Below, in pieces: positions 45,524-59,344 of a stretch of 64,000 nt of DNA; within the stretch, counting starts at the first letter, position 1, and the number at the start of each line of letters is the position of its first letter. The notes under the pieces are model-generated. The model ran no database searches. It was not told the DNA's origin and was given only the letters and a program-made list of their open reading frames with translations. The stretch is from Lama guanicoe. Taxonomy: Eukaryota. The stretch spans positions 2,558,283-2,622,282 of the forward strand of contig MU053561.1 of NCBI GenBank assembly GCA_013239625.1, read 5' to 3'. The position numbers were made by a program, and so were the translations under genes.

Positions 45524-46665
45524 CTGTGGATTACAGATTTTAGAAGAAAAAAGTATTTCAAGTAAATGAAGTGAAATCTCATTAATTAGGACTTGGTTAG
45601 TTTGTGACAAATCAGAAAGATTTGCTAAACACTCAGACAGTGGAAACAAGACAGCAGAAAAAATACCAGGAGAAGCTTATTTACACTTAAACAATTTATA
45701 ATGTGCCCTTATTTTCAGTGATTTGTTAAATCAGCCTTCCTTTGGAACGTCTAGGTGGGAAAACATCTGCTGATATTTTGTTAAATTAATTAGGGTGGGT
45801 GTATGAGGTTGAAAGTAATCGAGATGTGTTTATTTAAATCTTTAGTTTTTTGGAATTCAGACTTTCACATTTCAAAATGATCTTCCTCTGCTTCCTTATC
45901 TTTCCCTAATTACTATGTGTTCTGAACAGGGAAGTAGTATTGTTAGATTTCTGTTCAAAATACTGCCATTAAATAATTACTTGAGGAGGTGGGAAATGCA
46001 CATATCTATGTTTTTTCCTTTTTTTCAAATGAGTTACTCATTCATATATATTGTTGGTTGAAGGGAGATCCTTCCTCTATCTGAACTATAGTATAAAACT
46101 ATAAATAAATGTATATCTGGCTCCCAGATGGGAAATTCAAGGTGTGTAGAAAAGCAGATATTCCTTCAACAGACAACGCCTTGTCCTGGGTGCTTTGTGG
46201 GGAATGCAAAGACTCTTCAGGAGCAAATGCACCCAAGGCAGCCCAGTCTCATGTTTAAAGCCAAGGTCCTTGGAGTCAGAATTATCCTGAGCAACACAGC
46301 CTCAATTTCCTTTCCTCTAAATATGGTGGCAATGACAGCGCCTCCCTTATGCACTGCTGCAAGGACTGAATGAATAGCACGTGCAAAGGGCTTAGCCTCG
46401 CTGGCAAAGGGAAGTACCCAGCAAAGGTGAGCTATTAGCATTGATATGTGAAGACAGGCATTTTGTGAAAGCATAGGAGTTCAAAGCCAAAAGAAGCAAA
46501 TAAAACAGAACTGGCATTAGAAACCTTAATAGGATCTAAATGAATTTGCAAATTGTTCTTCCCTGTTGAGGAAGGAGTTCAGTCTTCACCGCTTTATGTA
46601 TAAATGTATATGTTACAAAGGCAGAATGAAGGCTAATGCCCATGAATAGGCTAAAAAGAACGAAT

Positions 46666-46720
46666 ACACACACACACACACACACACACGTATACGTGCG
46701 AGTATATATATATATATATA
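46666..46720. repeat. Compound (CA)n / (TA)n microsatellite
   Basis: CA run, CGTATACGTGCGAG, then TA run. Confidence 0.9.
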
Positions 46721-48442
46721 AAAATACAACTTGCTTCTGAATTTGGGGTATTAGAAGATAATTATACTTAATTTTTTTCAAGTTAAAAATAGACTCAAAA
46801 CTGAAGTTCAGAAATTAGAGGGGAAATTATTACTCATAATCTCATTACTGTAACTATTATGATTAGTTTCAACCAACTTCAATTTAAAAAAAAAATCAAG
46901 TTTCTTTAGTTCATTGTGGTCATTACAGCCTCTTGGTAAGAAGTAATAAACTTACCAAGCATGCGTAAGTTACACAGTCATACTCGTAGTGAGTACCCCC
47001 TTCTGTTTAAAACAGTCATAGAATGATAAAACTCTACGCATCCTGGAAGTAAGAGCTTGACTTGCAAAATCAAATGCTCAACAGGATTCTTAATAAATCT
47101 GCTTAAAAAAAAAAACCAACCATTTCTGTTCGTACATATTAGGCCCAGTTTGGACTCCAGCCTGCACAGGGGGTTATTTTTAGCTTGGGAAGGCCACCTA
47201 CTGATAGGCTTGTGATCTGTGTGCCATGAAGCACACCTTCAGACCCCTTTGGCCCAAATTCCCGCGTCCTGCATTTGAGAAAGATTCGCTCCAGAGCTGC
47301 TCCAGCGGAGGCTGAAATGCATGAAGCTGAGATGTAGCTCTGTGTAAATATGTAAACACGCCTACGTAGTTTTGTCTGAATCCTAGAAAGTCAGACCAAA
47401 TGTTTAGTGTGAAAACTAACACCAACACACTTCCTGGCTCTCCACTCTCGGCCAAAGCGGTGCATCCTCACTCCTAGCAAATGGGGCGATGGGGAAGAGC
47501 ACGAAAGGGAACTGTACCTATTTTTGGAGATGCCTCTATACAACAAGGATATTTTCCTTTTTGGCCTGTTTTTGTTTCTGCTTTTGGGCAATTCATCTTT
47601 CTAGACACTGAATTTAACACCCAGCCTGGAGAATTCTAATATTAGTTGTGGATTTATCTGTTTTCTCTCCACATGAAAAGCAGTGATTATTCAAACTTAT
47701 TTAAAGTCACCCAGCCTTCCTAAACTAAACAAGAGTGGAGTGTCCTTCCAGATTCAAGCCTACAGACACTCAGACCCATCTGGACAGGCGTCTCACCACA
47801 TCTCAGCAACGTGCAGGCAAGAGAGTCTGTCCACTACCATCGACTTCTTTTCTTACTCTGAGTTATGCTTTGATGCAGAATTAAGACTTAGGATCCTTCC
47901 TTGTATCAGGTCAAAATAACAGAGAATTGATGAAAGCCATCTGCAAGCTGTCTGGGGAGTAGGAGGAATAACGTGGGTGTTTATTTCCCAGAAAGGAGCC
48001 CAGTGTAAGCTCTTTCCTCTTAACCCACTCAAAACACACACACATAGAAAAAGACACAGGGCTTCATTACTACAGGTGTTCTCTGCTTAAAGAAAACCCA
48101 AAGTACAAAAATTAGGAATAACAGCAAATAGAATCATAGAATCTTAGGCAGCAAGAGGAACTTAAGGACAGTCTAAGTGGATGCCATTAACTTACGGCTG
48201 AGGAAGCTGAGATTTGGAGAGGTAGAGAGTGTGGTGTGTTCGCAGACACGGCCAATTCGACGGCCCGGGAAAATGACTTAGGTCTTCAGCTGGTTTTGGT
48301 GCTTTCCTTTCTACTTCACCTTAAAGTGACCTGATTGACACCTGACTTCAGGGGACCGCCACTGTGTCCATGAAGGCATCCTGGGTCACAAAAGAGGGCA
48401 TCTAAAAGCAGCCCAATAGTGTCTGGTCCCAGCTTCACATAC

Positions 48443-48829
48443 CTGCTGGCTTCCTCAGGTGCACGAGGCTGTCCGGTGACTGCTTGCTCTGAAGCACCTG
48501 CCAGGGGCCCATCTGAGCTCTTGTCACCTCTGCCACTGCACATCTGTAGGCACCTTCGTCCTCTGGGCCCACAGAGAAGATCTTGAGAGAGAAAGCCTTG
48601 GGGCTTAACTTTGAAACCTGGAGCTGCCCCTGATTTGCTCTTTCTTGGTAGTCTTTCTTCAGGCCCAGAACTCCACCGGCATCAATGCGGGCTGTTTCAA
48701 TATTATTGAAGAACCAAGTGCCCTGAAGCCGCGGGTTCTGGCTGCCGCCCACGACCAGGCAAATCAGTTCCAAGGGTTTCCCTTCAGGAACCGTGCTCTC
48801 AGCCGTAATGTTGACTTGAAAATCTCTCA
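48443..48829 (-). CDS. CD101: CD101 exon 4, Ig-V domain 3 (387 nt)
   Basis: tttcctag|TGAGAG...AGCAG|gtatgt; RDFQVNIT...LICLV...DEGAYRCAV...RKPA. Confidence 0.96.
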
Positions 48830-49208
48830 CTAGGAAACAAAAGCAAGGCAGGTATTTATAGAGAGGCCACTGCATCTGTCCTTTCAGTACCAGAGAGAGA
48901 GGGTACCTCCTGTCAGGATAGCAAAGGGATTGAATTTCATGTGGCACATTAGTTCTGAGGAATAGGGAAGCCAAAGAAATGCCTAGAATCAAAAATGCCC
49001 TTGACTATTCTTTAATCACCCAGAAAGAAGAGATACACGGTTTTCTGACTGCAATCCTATTAAGGAAGATAGTAAAAAGTATACAGCAATGTATCTTTTT
49101 AAAACAAAAATTTTTATACTATGTTGGATTGATGTAACTTGTGATTTCTTGCGCTCCTTTTTGGCTGAAAATATCCAGTGGAATTTTCCAAAGTTAAAAG
49201 CTAATGTG

Positions 49209-50270
49209 ATATATGGCAAATCCACAGCTAACATCATACTTAACAGTGAAAAGCTGAAAGCTTTCCATCGAAGATCGGGAATGAGACAAGGATGCCCACT
49301 CTCACCACTTCTATTCAACATAGTATTGGAAGTCCTAGCCAGAGCAATCAGACAGAAAAAGAAATAAAAGGCAACCAAACTGGAAAAAAAGAGAAGTAAA
49401 TCTGTCACTGTTTACAGATGATAGAAAAAGATGCTGACCACTAATCATCAGAAAAATGAAGATTGAAACCACAATATCACCTCACACCTGTTAAAATGGC
49501 TAATATCAAGAAGCCAGAAGATGGCAAGACAGCAAGAGGATGTAGAGAAAAGGGAACCCTAGTAACTGTCAGTGGGAATGTAAGTTGGCGTGGCCATTAT
49601 AGAAAGCAACATAGAGGTTCTTCAAAACTAAAAATAGAACTACCATATAATCTAGCAATCCTACTTCTGGGAATAAACCCCAAGGAAATGACATCAGTAT
49701 CTCAAAGAGGTATCTGCACTCCTATGTTCATTATTCATAACAGCCAAGATATGGAAACAACCTAAGTGTCTGTCAATGGATGAATGAGTGAAGGAAACGT
49801 GGTACATATACACGATGGAATATTATTCAGCCACGAGGAAAAAGAAAATGTTGCCATTTTGACAGCATGGGTTAACCTGGAGGACATTAAGTGAAATAAG
49901 CCAGACACAGAAAGACAAATACTGTGGAATCTAAAGAAGTTGAACATATAGAAGCAGAGAAGAGAGTGGTGGTGGCCAGGGGCAGGCGGGGTGGGGAAAA
50001 TGGGGAGGTGTTGACTCAGGGGCACAAAGTGTCAGTCATGCAGGATGAGTAAGTTCTAGAGATGTACAGCATGGTGACTACAGTTAATGATACTGTGTGG
50101 TGTTGGAATTTGCTAAGAAAAGTAGATCTTAAGTGTTCTCACCACACACACAACTATGTGAGGTGATGGGTATGTGAATTAGCCTGATTATAGTCATTTC
50201 ACAGTGACTACAGATATCAAAACGTGCTGTACACCTTAAATATATATAATTTTTATTTGTCTAAATAAAT
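49209..50270 (+). mobile_element. Older L1 (L1MA-like): RT fragment joined directly to ORF2 C-terminus and 3' UTR
   Basis: [19 protein letters not shown]...[24 protein letters not shown], then LFTDD, then YHLTPVKMANIKK...IELPYNLAILLLGINPKE; frameshifted and degenerate. Confidence 0.9.
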
Positions 50271-51162
50271 ACATTTTTAAAATAAAGACTGTTTTATATT
50301 TAAAAATTATTTTCCAAGAGAGGGAGAAAAGCACATGTGATGTGTCTCCACAGGACTACTTGAGTATAAGGTGGACACTGAAGGCCATCAGGACAACTTT
50401 TAATGGAATAGAATAACCCTCCTCCTAAAAAAGAAAGAAAGGAAGGAAGCAAGCAAGCAAGCTTCAGTGATCTGCCATTGCATCATTGCTTTCAGCATGG
50501 ATATATATGGTTTTAGACCTCCTCCTACTGGACCAAAGTCCATGTAGAGAGACCAGGAATCACAATGGAAAATTCCAGTTTGCTTTGGTAAAACTGCCAA
50601 TGCGTCACGAAGAGTGCACCATTCCGAGGAAAAGGGGTCAGGTGGACGGAGATCCCAGCACTGATCCAAGACAAGGCTTCATGTTGGAAACCAGCGTCTG
50701 TGGTGAGTGGGCTCTGGAGAGACACACTTGCCTTCAAACGCCAGGTCTGCTCCTCACCAGCTGGGTGCGCTCAGGCAGTGCACTGAGCGGAGGCTCAGCC
50801 TCCTGTTTTAAAAATGGGGACTTGACTACTTGCCTCAGAGGGTGGTTGTTAGGACTAAATTAGATAATGGAGATAAAGCGCTTACGCAGAGGCTGGCAAG
50901 AATAGCAACAACTACTTCTGTGCATGGCTCGTGGAATCTGCCTAACATTCAACAGATTTTATCCCATATACAGCCTCCTGTGGACACAGCCCACACTGAA
51001 TGTCCTTATTTCTGCTTCCCAGGTGACAAAACCAAAACTTACTCAAACTTTCTAAATGATTTGTTTAGATCCAACAAAAGATATAAAAAAGCAAAAAACA
51101 AAAAGATAACTCCCTAGTATCCATAACCAGCATATTAAGAAATTTCCTGAGAAGATCAATAC

Positions 51163-51579
51163 CTGCCGGCTGGATCCTCAGAGTTGTTTGATCTGTCTGC
51201 TTTTTTGTGATGAAAGTCCAGGTTTCGTCTGGATCCTGAATCCATTCAGTTGCCTCACAGAACAGCTGGCCTTGATCGGCGGGCCGGAGCCTCCCTATTG
51301 ACAGCCTGAAGGTGGCGACCCCAAGCTTGTCGAGCCGCACGTCCCCGGCTGCAAACCTCTCTGTGTATGAGAGTCCAGGGATCAAAATAAAATCTTTGGA
51401 GAGGGAAATAATCTTGCTGGCTTGGCTTCTTTCTCCATCCTGCATCAGGTACCAGGTGACGGAGAGGTGGGTATGCTGAGCTGTGGCTTTGGATGCCTCG
51501 CAGGTAAGTTCTAATGGCTCACCTTCCTCCTTACTGAGAGTCTGGGGAGTCATGGCAACAGAGAGGGTATCTGGAATAA
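51163..51579 (-). CDS. CD101: CD101 exon 3, Ig-V domain 2 with EWI motif (417 nt)
   Basis: cttccag|TTATTCC...GGCAG|gtattg; IPDTLSV...LTCEAS...LFCEATEWIQDPD; the Glu-Trp-Ile motif defines the EWI family. Confidence 0.97.
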
Positions 51580-52935
51580 CTGGAAGCAAAGAAATGATGG
51601 TAACTGACGGGTCCAGCACCTGTCTGACTGGCCTCCTTAGGTGAAGATGGCGCCCTGCCCCGCCACCTGTAACGCACATACTTGGAGTTGCTTTTCCACT
51701 AGCCATCGGCTTTCCCTATTGTCAACAGGAATATTGGCAACTATGTACATACAGTCTATGGAACTCAGCAAAGCTAACAGTTCACTGATGTACTGACCCT
51801 GATTTCACATTTTTAGCATAGGTTTGAACCAGTTTAGCTACTCAGACACAGAGGTTTTAAATGGGAAAAGCACTAGGAGCTAGAAGACCTATATTCTGAT
51901 CCTGTATTTGTCCCTATTTGACTACATGAACTGGAGCAAGTCATTGCACTTCCCTGGCCCTTTCCCTGCTCCTTCATAAAGTTCTAAAAAACCTGTTATA
52001 ATCTATTATTCAGAGCCAAAATGCAACCCTTACAAAAGTTTTGATAACCATCCTACTACCCTACCATTCTCTTCTTCCTCAAAGGAAATCACACAGCCTC
52101 CACTCATGTGAAAGCAACACTCATATTCCACAAGGAATATTTATTGAGTATCTACTCGGCGCTAACCGCTGTGCTGCAGGGTGAGGTGAACGTTCTCTTC
52201 TCATGGCACTTGAGGTGGGTAGGAGAGGGTCATATATAACCACATGAACCAGGTGAGTGCTAATCACAGTGGTGGGGATAGAGCATCAAGAAGGAACAAT
52301 GACGGGAATACTTTCTGAGACAGTCAAGAATGGGTTTCACATAAGAGGTAATATCTAAACTGGGTTGGGAAGTATATGTAGGAGTTTGCTAGGCTGAAAA
52401 GGGGAGGATAAGACATTCTAGGCAAAGGGACAAAAGAATAATTGCAAGGACTATGGCCCTCTCCCCAAAGGTAAATATGCTGGAGAATGGTAGTTTGAGA
52501 ATAATTATTTCCAAGACTTACTTCCTATGATACTCTATGAATTTTATATATATATTAATTACACTAAATGCATTATATTGATACCAGCTCTTCTAGCTAA
52601 GTTAATAGTCTGCGTCCAAGAAGAGACATAACATGTGAAGTCCCCAAGATCTGTCTAATGGCGTTGCATTATCAACCTATGGAGAGCTGTGGGCAAGGTC
52701 TTGGAAGACCACATACTCTAACTCTTCATGACAAAGTTGATTGGAAACATGAATTGAGAGTTTTAGAGAATATGAGATACCTATTTGTGACAAACTCCAA
52801 AATATCAGAGGGGTATGTGGCTCTTTTGCCAAAACAAACAGCACAGTACAAAGCCACGTCACACTGCAAGGCCTTGTGATGAGGGAGACACTGGCTTCGC
52901 AGGGGCTGGCTAGCAGAGGAGGGCACCCAGCTTAC

Positions 52936-53316
52936 CAATGAGATTAGTCTTCGCACTGTAACTGCCATAGTATCTTTCATCAGTGTTGGGCGTGTGACAC
53001 TCATACTCGCCGGAATCCTTCATCTGGAGCTTTGAGATGTGCAGAAAGATCGAGTTACCCCGGACCCTCTCCACGTAGATTTCCCTGCTCCGCACCCTCT
53101 GTGCATACACAGCGTAAGAAAAGGTGGCATCCAGGGTGCTAATGATCTGGATTTCTTGGGCCGGGGCTGTCGGCAGGTAAACAGACCACTGGAAATGCTG
53201 CTCAGAAGGTCCCTGGTAGCCAGTTACGTTGCAGCCGATGCTGACAGGGTAACCTTCAGCTCTGAACAGCGGTCCTTTCTGAACTGTTACTTCTCTCTGG
53301 CCAATGGTGAGCTTAG
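52936..53316 (-). CDS. CD101: CD101 exon 2, Ig-V domain 1 (381 nt)
   Basis: ttgcaag|CTAAGC...CATTG|gtaagc; KLTIGQREVTVQKGPLFRAEGYPVSIGC...DSGEYECHTPNTDERYYGSYSAKTNLI. Confidence 0.96.
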
Positions 53317-54797
53317 CTTGCAAGTAGGAGGAAGAAAGGGAATAAAAAGATTAGTGCTCCAGCTCCCAACGCACCACATTATGTAGTTGCCTTTATTACA
53401 GTTCTAGTAAATGAGATCGCAGGTTATTAGCTATCATCAACTCAAATGTTCAACACCTTCTTCAGGCTGAGGAGCAGTGGAATGGCTTGATGAGTTCATT
53501 GTTTTTTTATAACTTTAACTTCCACAGGAATCTCTAGTCTCTTAAAAAAAAAGTTTAGCTTCATCAATGTAACAGGACCACCTCCACAAAACATATCTGC
53601 TTATCTAAGTGCACCTAAAGTAAATATGATGTATGATAATTCACCACTTCCATTATTTTATGGGAAAATTCGGCATGTACTTCCTCAATTTCTGGATACC
53701 TGTCACTGAGCTCTTCTCACAGAATTGATCGCTAGGGCGGCAAAGTCTATGGCACTGTCCCTGGTGCCATGTTTTTCCTGCTGGTTGGCTGGAACTGTTT
53801 GCAGTTCCTGGCCAGGTCTGATGCAAGACTAGCTAAAATTAGCATCTGAAGACGCAGCAGAACTTCCTTTCTATACTGTGAAGGAGTTTTGGTTTTGTCA
53901 TTTTTTTAGAGTCATTACAGCTTTATTGAAAAGCCTATAAGAGATGGCTGTCAAGTCCAGCAGGATCTGGGATCAGACTGATTTCAGTTGTTCTCTTACC
54001 AAAGGTTTTCAGTTGGGACCACTATGGAATGTGTCCAAATCTCAACCATTTGGTTCAAAGGAGAAAACATTATTCAAAGGTAACATTTCCTTTGACATAC
54101 ACATTTTCAAAAGCAAGACATTTTAAGAAATTAAAATGTGTTTAGCTGACTATACTTCAATAAAAAATAAATTAAATGTATGTGCTTATGTTAATATTAA
54201 AGGCTAGTTTATTTTGTGTTACAGAAAGAACAAAGAACAAATGCAGAGATGCCACAAGGGTGAGCTAGCTCTTTCACTCGGGGCTGAGGGCCCAGTGGAA
54301 AGACATCAGAAGTCCCGATGGGAGCAATTGCTGGAATTAATGGAATTAACAGAAGAGAGTTCATAAGAAGATATGGAAGAAGCAGAGCATCTGTTGAATT
54401 GTCTGAATCCACAAGGACAAAGAATAAAGACCAGAGTGGAAAAAAAAAAGTGAGAGAAAGGGAATAACATTACAGAGACCATAAGGCTGAGTATAGGAAT
54501 CTGGGAATGAGAACAATTCTGATAGGAGCAGATCTACAAAAAAACAGGGAGAAAGGGTAAGTGGTCACCTGATGGAGTCAACTAAAAATACTCACGCAAA
54601 ACTGGAAAACAAACATCCAATCAGCCAACCACACACATTTCCAGTAATAATTTAAAATATACTAGCTTATTCATAAATCCCAGTTAACACTATATATTTA
54701 TATCATATTTCTTGTAATAAGCATCTAGGAATAGCAGTTAGACCATCCGAGAAAATCTGAAAATATCACTTACCAAAAAAATTATACTACAGAGGGA

Positions 54798-54918
54798 ATT
54801 TATTTTTGGGGGGAGAGAGGTAATCAAGTTTATTTATTTTTTAAATGGAGGTACTGGGGATTGAACCCAGGACCTCATGCATGCTAAGCGCACTCTACCA
54901 CTGAGCTACACCCTCCCC
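54798..54918 (-). mobile_element. tRNA-Ala-like SINE
   Basis: Reverse-complement head; TSD ACTACAGAGG at 54786-54795 and 54919-54928. Confidence 0.9.
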
Positions 54919-54959
54919 ACTACAGAGGCAGTTTAAAACATTGTCAGCAAAGCCAGCCA

Positions 54960-55562
54960 GTCTTAGACACACGTCTGAGAGAAATGTGAGCAGTGTGCAC
55001 CAGGCTACATGTGCAAGAGCATCCACAGCAGCACTGTTTACTATCACCCCCAAACTGGAGGCCAGCCCTATGCCCATCAACAGAAGACTGGACAGACTGT
55101 GGTACGTTCATAAAACGGAATCTCATCCAGAAAGGAAAGTGGATGGATTGCAGTTGGTTGCAGTAACACGGATGACTGTGTTTAAAGATTCAGAATACTG
55201 TAGAATCTTCTTGACTAGATACAGAAAGACTCCATACAAAACTGTTTAAAAGGCAGTACTACACCATCACCGTATCGTTTAGTGATGCAAATGTAAGGGG
55301 TAGAACCATTGAAAAAAAAAAGCTAGGAAGTGGTTATCATGAAAGTCAAGATTGTGCGTGCATGTGTGCGTGCGTGTGTGTGTAGAGGGTTGTGATCTGG
55401 ATGGGGCACACAGCAGGGTGGGTGGGTGCTTCAAGCATCCTAGCAATGTTCTGTTTCTTGACCCGGGTAGTGATTACATGATTTTTACTTTTTACTCATT
55501 TGTTAAACTGCACATTTATGTTTTATTAACTTTTCTTATGTGTTATATTTCACAATAAAAAT
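54960..55562 (+). mobile_element. Old L1ME-like 3' fragment
   Basis: ACATGTGCAAGAGCATCCACAGCAGCACTGTTT...AATGTTCTGTTTCTTGACCCGGGTAGTGATTACATG...TTTCACAATAAAA. Confidence 0.7.
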
Positions 55563-58329
55563 GCCTTTTAAAAATATGGTTTCTGAGGTACCACTAACAG
55601 GTTTGTATCACGACATGTTTCCACAGTGTTATTTTTGGTGGCTAGGCAACACTTCCTCAACATTTTTAATGACTTTTCAGAGAGATGGCTACCACATTTG
55701 AAACATTTTATTGTGAAAACCAGCACCGTGTTTTCTACTGCTTTATTTGCTAATTCAATAAATATTTATTCAACCGCTTGTAGTGTTTCTGATATTTCGG
55801 GAACTAAGATTTGAAGATGAGTTTGGGGTAGTTTCTGACTTCTTTATTTTACAATTTAGTCAAGTGGGTAGTCACCTCTCCTGGAAAGAGATATGGTAAA
55901 AGTGCTTTGAGGAATTCAAAGAAAAGAGAGATTGCATTTTGGGAGAGGAAAATAGGTAGGGTATATGAAAGAGATAGTGTTAAAAATGGACCTTTGAGAA
56001 TTGGAAGGATTATGACAATTTAAGAGGGGAGGCAGGACCTTTTAGGTGAAGGAGTCTTCATGACAAGACTGTACAAGTAGTAATCAAAAGAACTGTTTAG
56101 GAAATAGGGAGTAATTAGTTGGATTAGAGGAAATGTAACATAATGATTACATAAAGATTAATAGAAGGCGGTAAGATTGGGTAGGAATTTTGAGTCCAAA
56201 GCGTGAAGGACTTGAGTATCACGTTTAAAAGTTTGGGATTGATTGATTAAGCAATGGGGAGTCCACTGCAAGTGTTTGAAAGGTCTTAGGAAAATTAACC
56301 TGACAGTGTGTCGGATGATGGAGTTAGAAACAGACATCAGGTAATTACAGGTGCCCAAGAGAGAAATGATGAAGGCAATAGAAATGGAAAGAAAGGGGCT
56401 ATAATTTAAGAGCCACTGTGGAGATAAAAATCTATAGAGTCTTTTCAGTGTCTTGGATGCTCGGAGGTAGAAGGGGCGATAGAGGGATGGAAGGCAGGAA
56501 GAAGTCAAAGATGACACTAGGTTTTGTAAGGGTGACTGAGAGTAATGATGCTGTTAATAGAAACAAGGATATCAGGAGGAGATAATTCTGTGTGCTCAAG
56601 GATGAAGGGGAAGATAATGCATTTAATTTTGGAAATACTAAATTCGAGTGGCACGGAATAGACAGGAAGGATACCCATCAAACATTAGGAAATAATATTG
56701 AAATATATACAACTGCACTTCAAAATCTACTCAAACTTTTGAAAATATTTGCCATCTAATCCTCTAAAGAACTCTGTGATATTTCCATATTTAGCAATGT
56801 CAAAGTTGTAAATGGTGGAGCCAGACTTGAATTTGACATACAAATGTCAAATTCCTGGCTGTCTCCATTGTTTCTCACTGGTTCCTATAAATGCTTGTTT
56901 GTAACTAGGGAGCGTTCTGGGCTGGAGATGGGGATTAGGTCAGTTACAATCTGGGAGAGAGGGCTAGAGAGAGACTGCTAGAGAACCTCTCTATTTAGGG
57001 GGTAGGATGAGGGACAACACCTACAGAAGGAAGAATTAGGGAGGTGGGAGGGCAGCCAGGACAGCAGCTTGAAACCAAAGGAGACAAAATATTCCGAGAA
57101 GAAAGAGCCTGTCGGTATTGCTGGATGCCGCGGAGAGGGTAAGAACTCTAAAGGCAGGGGAAAGTCCTTTTAGCTTGATGATGAGGATGTAAATGGAGAT
57201 CTTTGTAAAAGAGATTTCAACAGAGCAGAAGCAGAGGATTTCAAGGGTAAGAAGTGATTGGAAGAAACATTAAGCACTTCAAGAAGTTTCATGGAGAAGG
57301 CAAAAAGAAAAATAGGATGGCAGTTAGAGTCATTGGGTAGGGGAGAGCAGTGAGGGCGAGGTGGACGCAGGCACCTCTGCATATTTATGGGCAGAGGAGC
57401 TGGAGAGGGTAGAGGTGGATAAAGCAAGAGAGGACGATGAATGGAGTAAGGTCTTAGAAGAGGCATGAGGTCAAGAACATGATTGGGAGGATACTGCTCT
57501 CTCAGAAATGCAAAAGAAACAGTGGGGAGGTTTAACAGGTATTTTGGAGGTGGAAAGGAATGACTGACAGAGGCCAATTCAAATGGCTATGCATTGGGAT
57601 CATGCCCTGAAGCATCTTATTATAAATCTATTTTCTGCGGGATGCTGCACATGTCTCTCCTCCTAAAAATACCTTGGAGCACTGGCCCGTTGCTTTCTGT
57701 TTTAATGGACAGAGGTTCAGGCACCTCTGCACAGCAGGTCAGATGCTTGTTGACTGATGGGTGCACAGCTTGGCACTGACAGAATGCAGTGGAGTCACAG
57801 TTTTGAAACACTAAGGATTCCCTGCTGGTATTGGCTTTTTTCAAAAACATCACTGGGATTGCCAAATTTTCTGTTTCAGTATTATTTGAATGGAAGCTAT
57901 TAGACTGAACTATATAAAATGGTCTACACTTGACCATTTTTGATACACAAAAAACCCGCAACTTTAAATGATTCCACCTTATACAAAACTGACCTGGAGA
58001 ACATTAAACACAACAAGAAACTTCTCTTTCTTTACATCAACAAAAATTCCATATGCTTGGAGGCTGAGAGCACTTTTGTCCATAATTTAGTAAAATTTTT
58101 TTTTCATGAACACAGTCTCAGTGAGACAAACAATAATAGCCCCTTCCCAGGACCCTCCTATGTTAATGGTTTTTATTTGCAGGGCAGCTAATCAGGGTGA
58201 AAGGTGACAGACCAAGTACACAAAGCTAAGTCCAAGAGCTCATTTATCCATGACATTAACCACATCTAGCCCCATATTCTCACATGATTAATCAGTCTTC
58301 ATATTCATTTTATTTTATTTAAAAAATTT

Positions 58330-58487
58330 AAAAAATTTTTCACTTTATTATTTTATTTTTTGGGGGGGAAGGGCAGTAGGCCTATTTATTTATTATTAGG
58401 TTTTTTTTTTTAAATGGACTGGGGATTGAACCCAGGACCTCATACATGCTAAGCATGGGTTCTACCATTTGAGCTAAACTCCCCCCC
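58330..58487 (-). mobile_element. tRNA-Ala-like SINE
   Basis: CTGGGGATTGAACCCAGGACCTCATACATGCTAAGCATG...TGAGCTAAACTCCCCCC. Confidence 0.88.
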
Positions 58488-59344
58488 ACCTATTTATTTT
58501 AAAAATTAATTAGGGCAAAGTATACATTTTCCAAACAATGTAGTTGGTCAGTTGATCATCATTTAATTAATTTCCTTAATTCCCTACTCTGTATTCGTAA
58601 TGACAAATAGCAGGCTCCCACAGTTTTTTTTTTCTTCAAATTACTTCCTGATTTATGTATTTTTCACATAAAAACATATAAAATTAGTGCTGAGGATGAG
58701 TCTAAATTCCGAAGAAGTAAATACGTAACCCAGTTTAGGTAATTCTTTAAATGGGCTATGAAAGGCATCCAGCTTCCCCTTTTTGAACCTTGGTTATTAC
58801 ATTCCTTCTCTCAGGCCTTTCAGCTTACTCATCAGGAGGAAAAAAAAAAAGAGAGAGAATTTGCAATCATCTGACTTGTTGCACAATGTAAGCCCAGCTT
58901 CCCCTGTACGCAGGCCAGACACACAATTCACATACACAAAGCAGACACTTGAGCATCACACACAGACAACTGAACAGGACAAACAGGAACATACCAGCCA
59001 ACGGTCCCCAAAGGTCCCCACCAGACCACCTAACCATCAGCGCCTGCCAAGTCAGTCTGGCAGGCATCGATTACCCAGCCACTGGTCCCAGGAACTTTCC
59101 CTACAGGTCAGCGCTCGCCCCATCAGGCCACTATCTGAACTTTACCTCATACTAGCCAGTGTCCTTTGAGACATGAGCCCGGTTCAACTCAAGCCAAAGT
59201 TTCTTAAGCCTCCTTTGAGCTGAATGCTGCACCCTTTTCACCCATTAGCCACAGCCCAGGTCACACTAATTCTAAGCTCTTTTAGTTCCCTTATCATCCT
59301 AGTCATTCAAGTCCCTTCACTAACTCAATCCAGTCTCTCTAAAG

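Noticed and set aside
51644..51654. AAGATGGCGCC YY1/CTCF-like motif in CD101 intron 2
   Set aside because: Single imperfect short match with no supporting context
53317..53319. AAG acceptor at CD101 exon 2 as a sign of gene damage
   Set aside because: AAG acceptors are uncommon but functional; a pyrimidine tract is present and the frame is intact
59146..59174. Alternative CD101 first coding exon ATGTCTCAA...ATGAG|gtaaag
   Set aside because: Phase 2 does not fit phase-1 exon 2 and there is no signal-peptide character; true exon 1 is at 60482-60524
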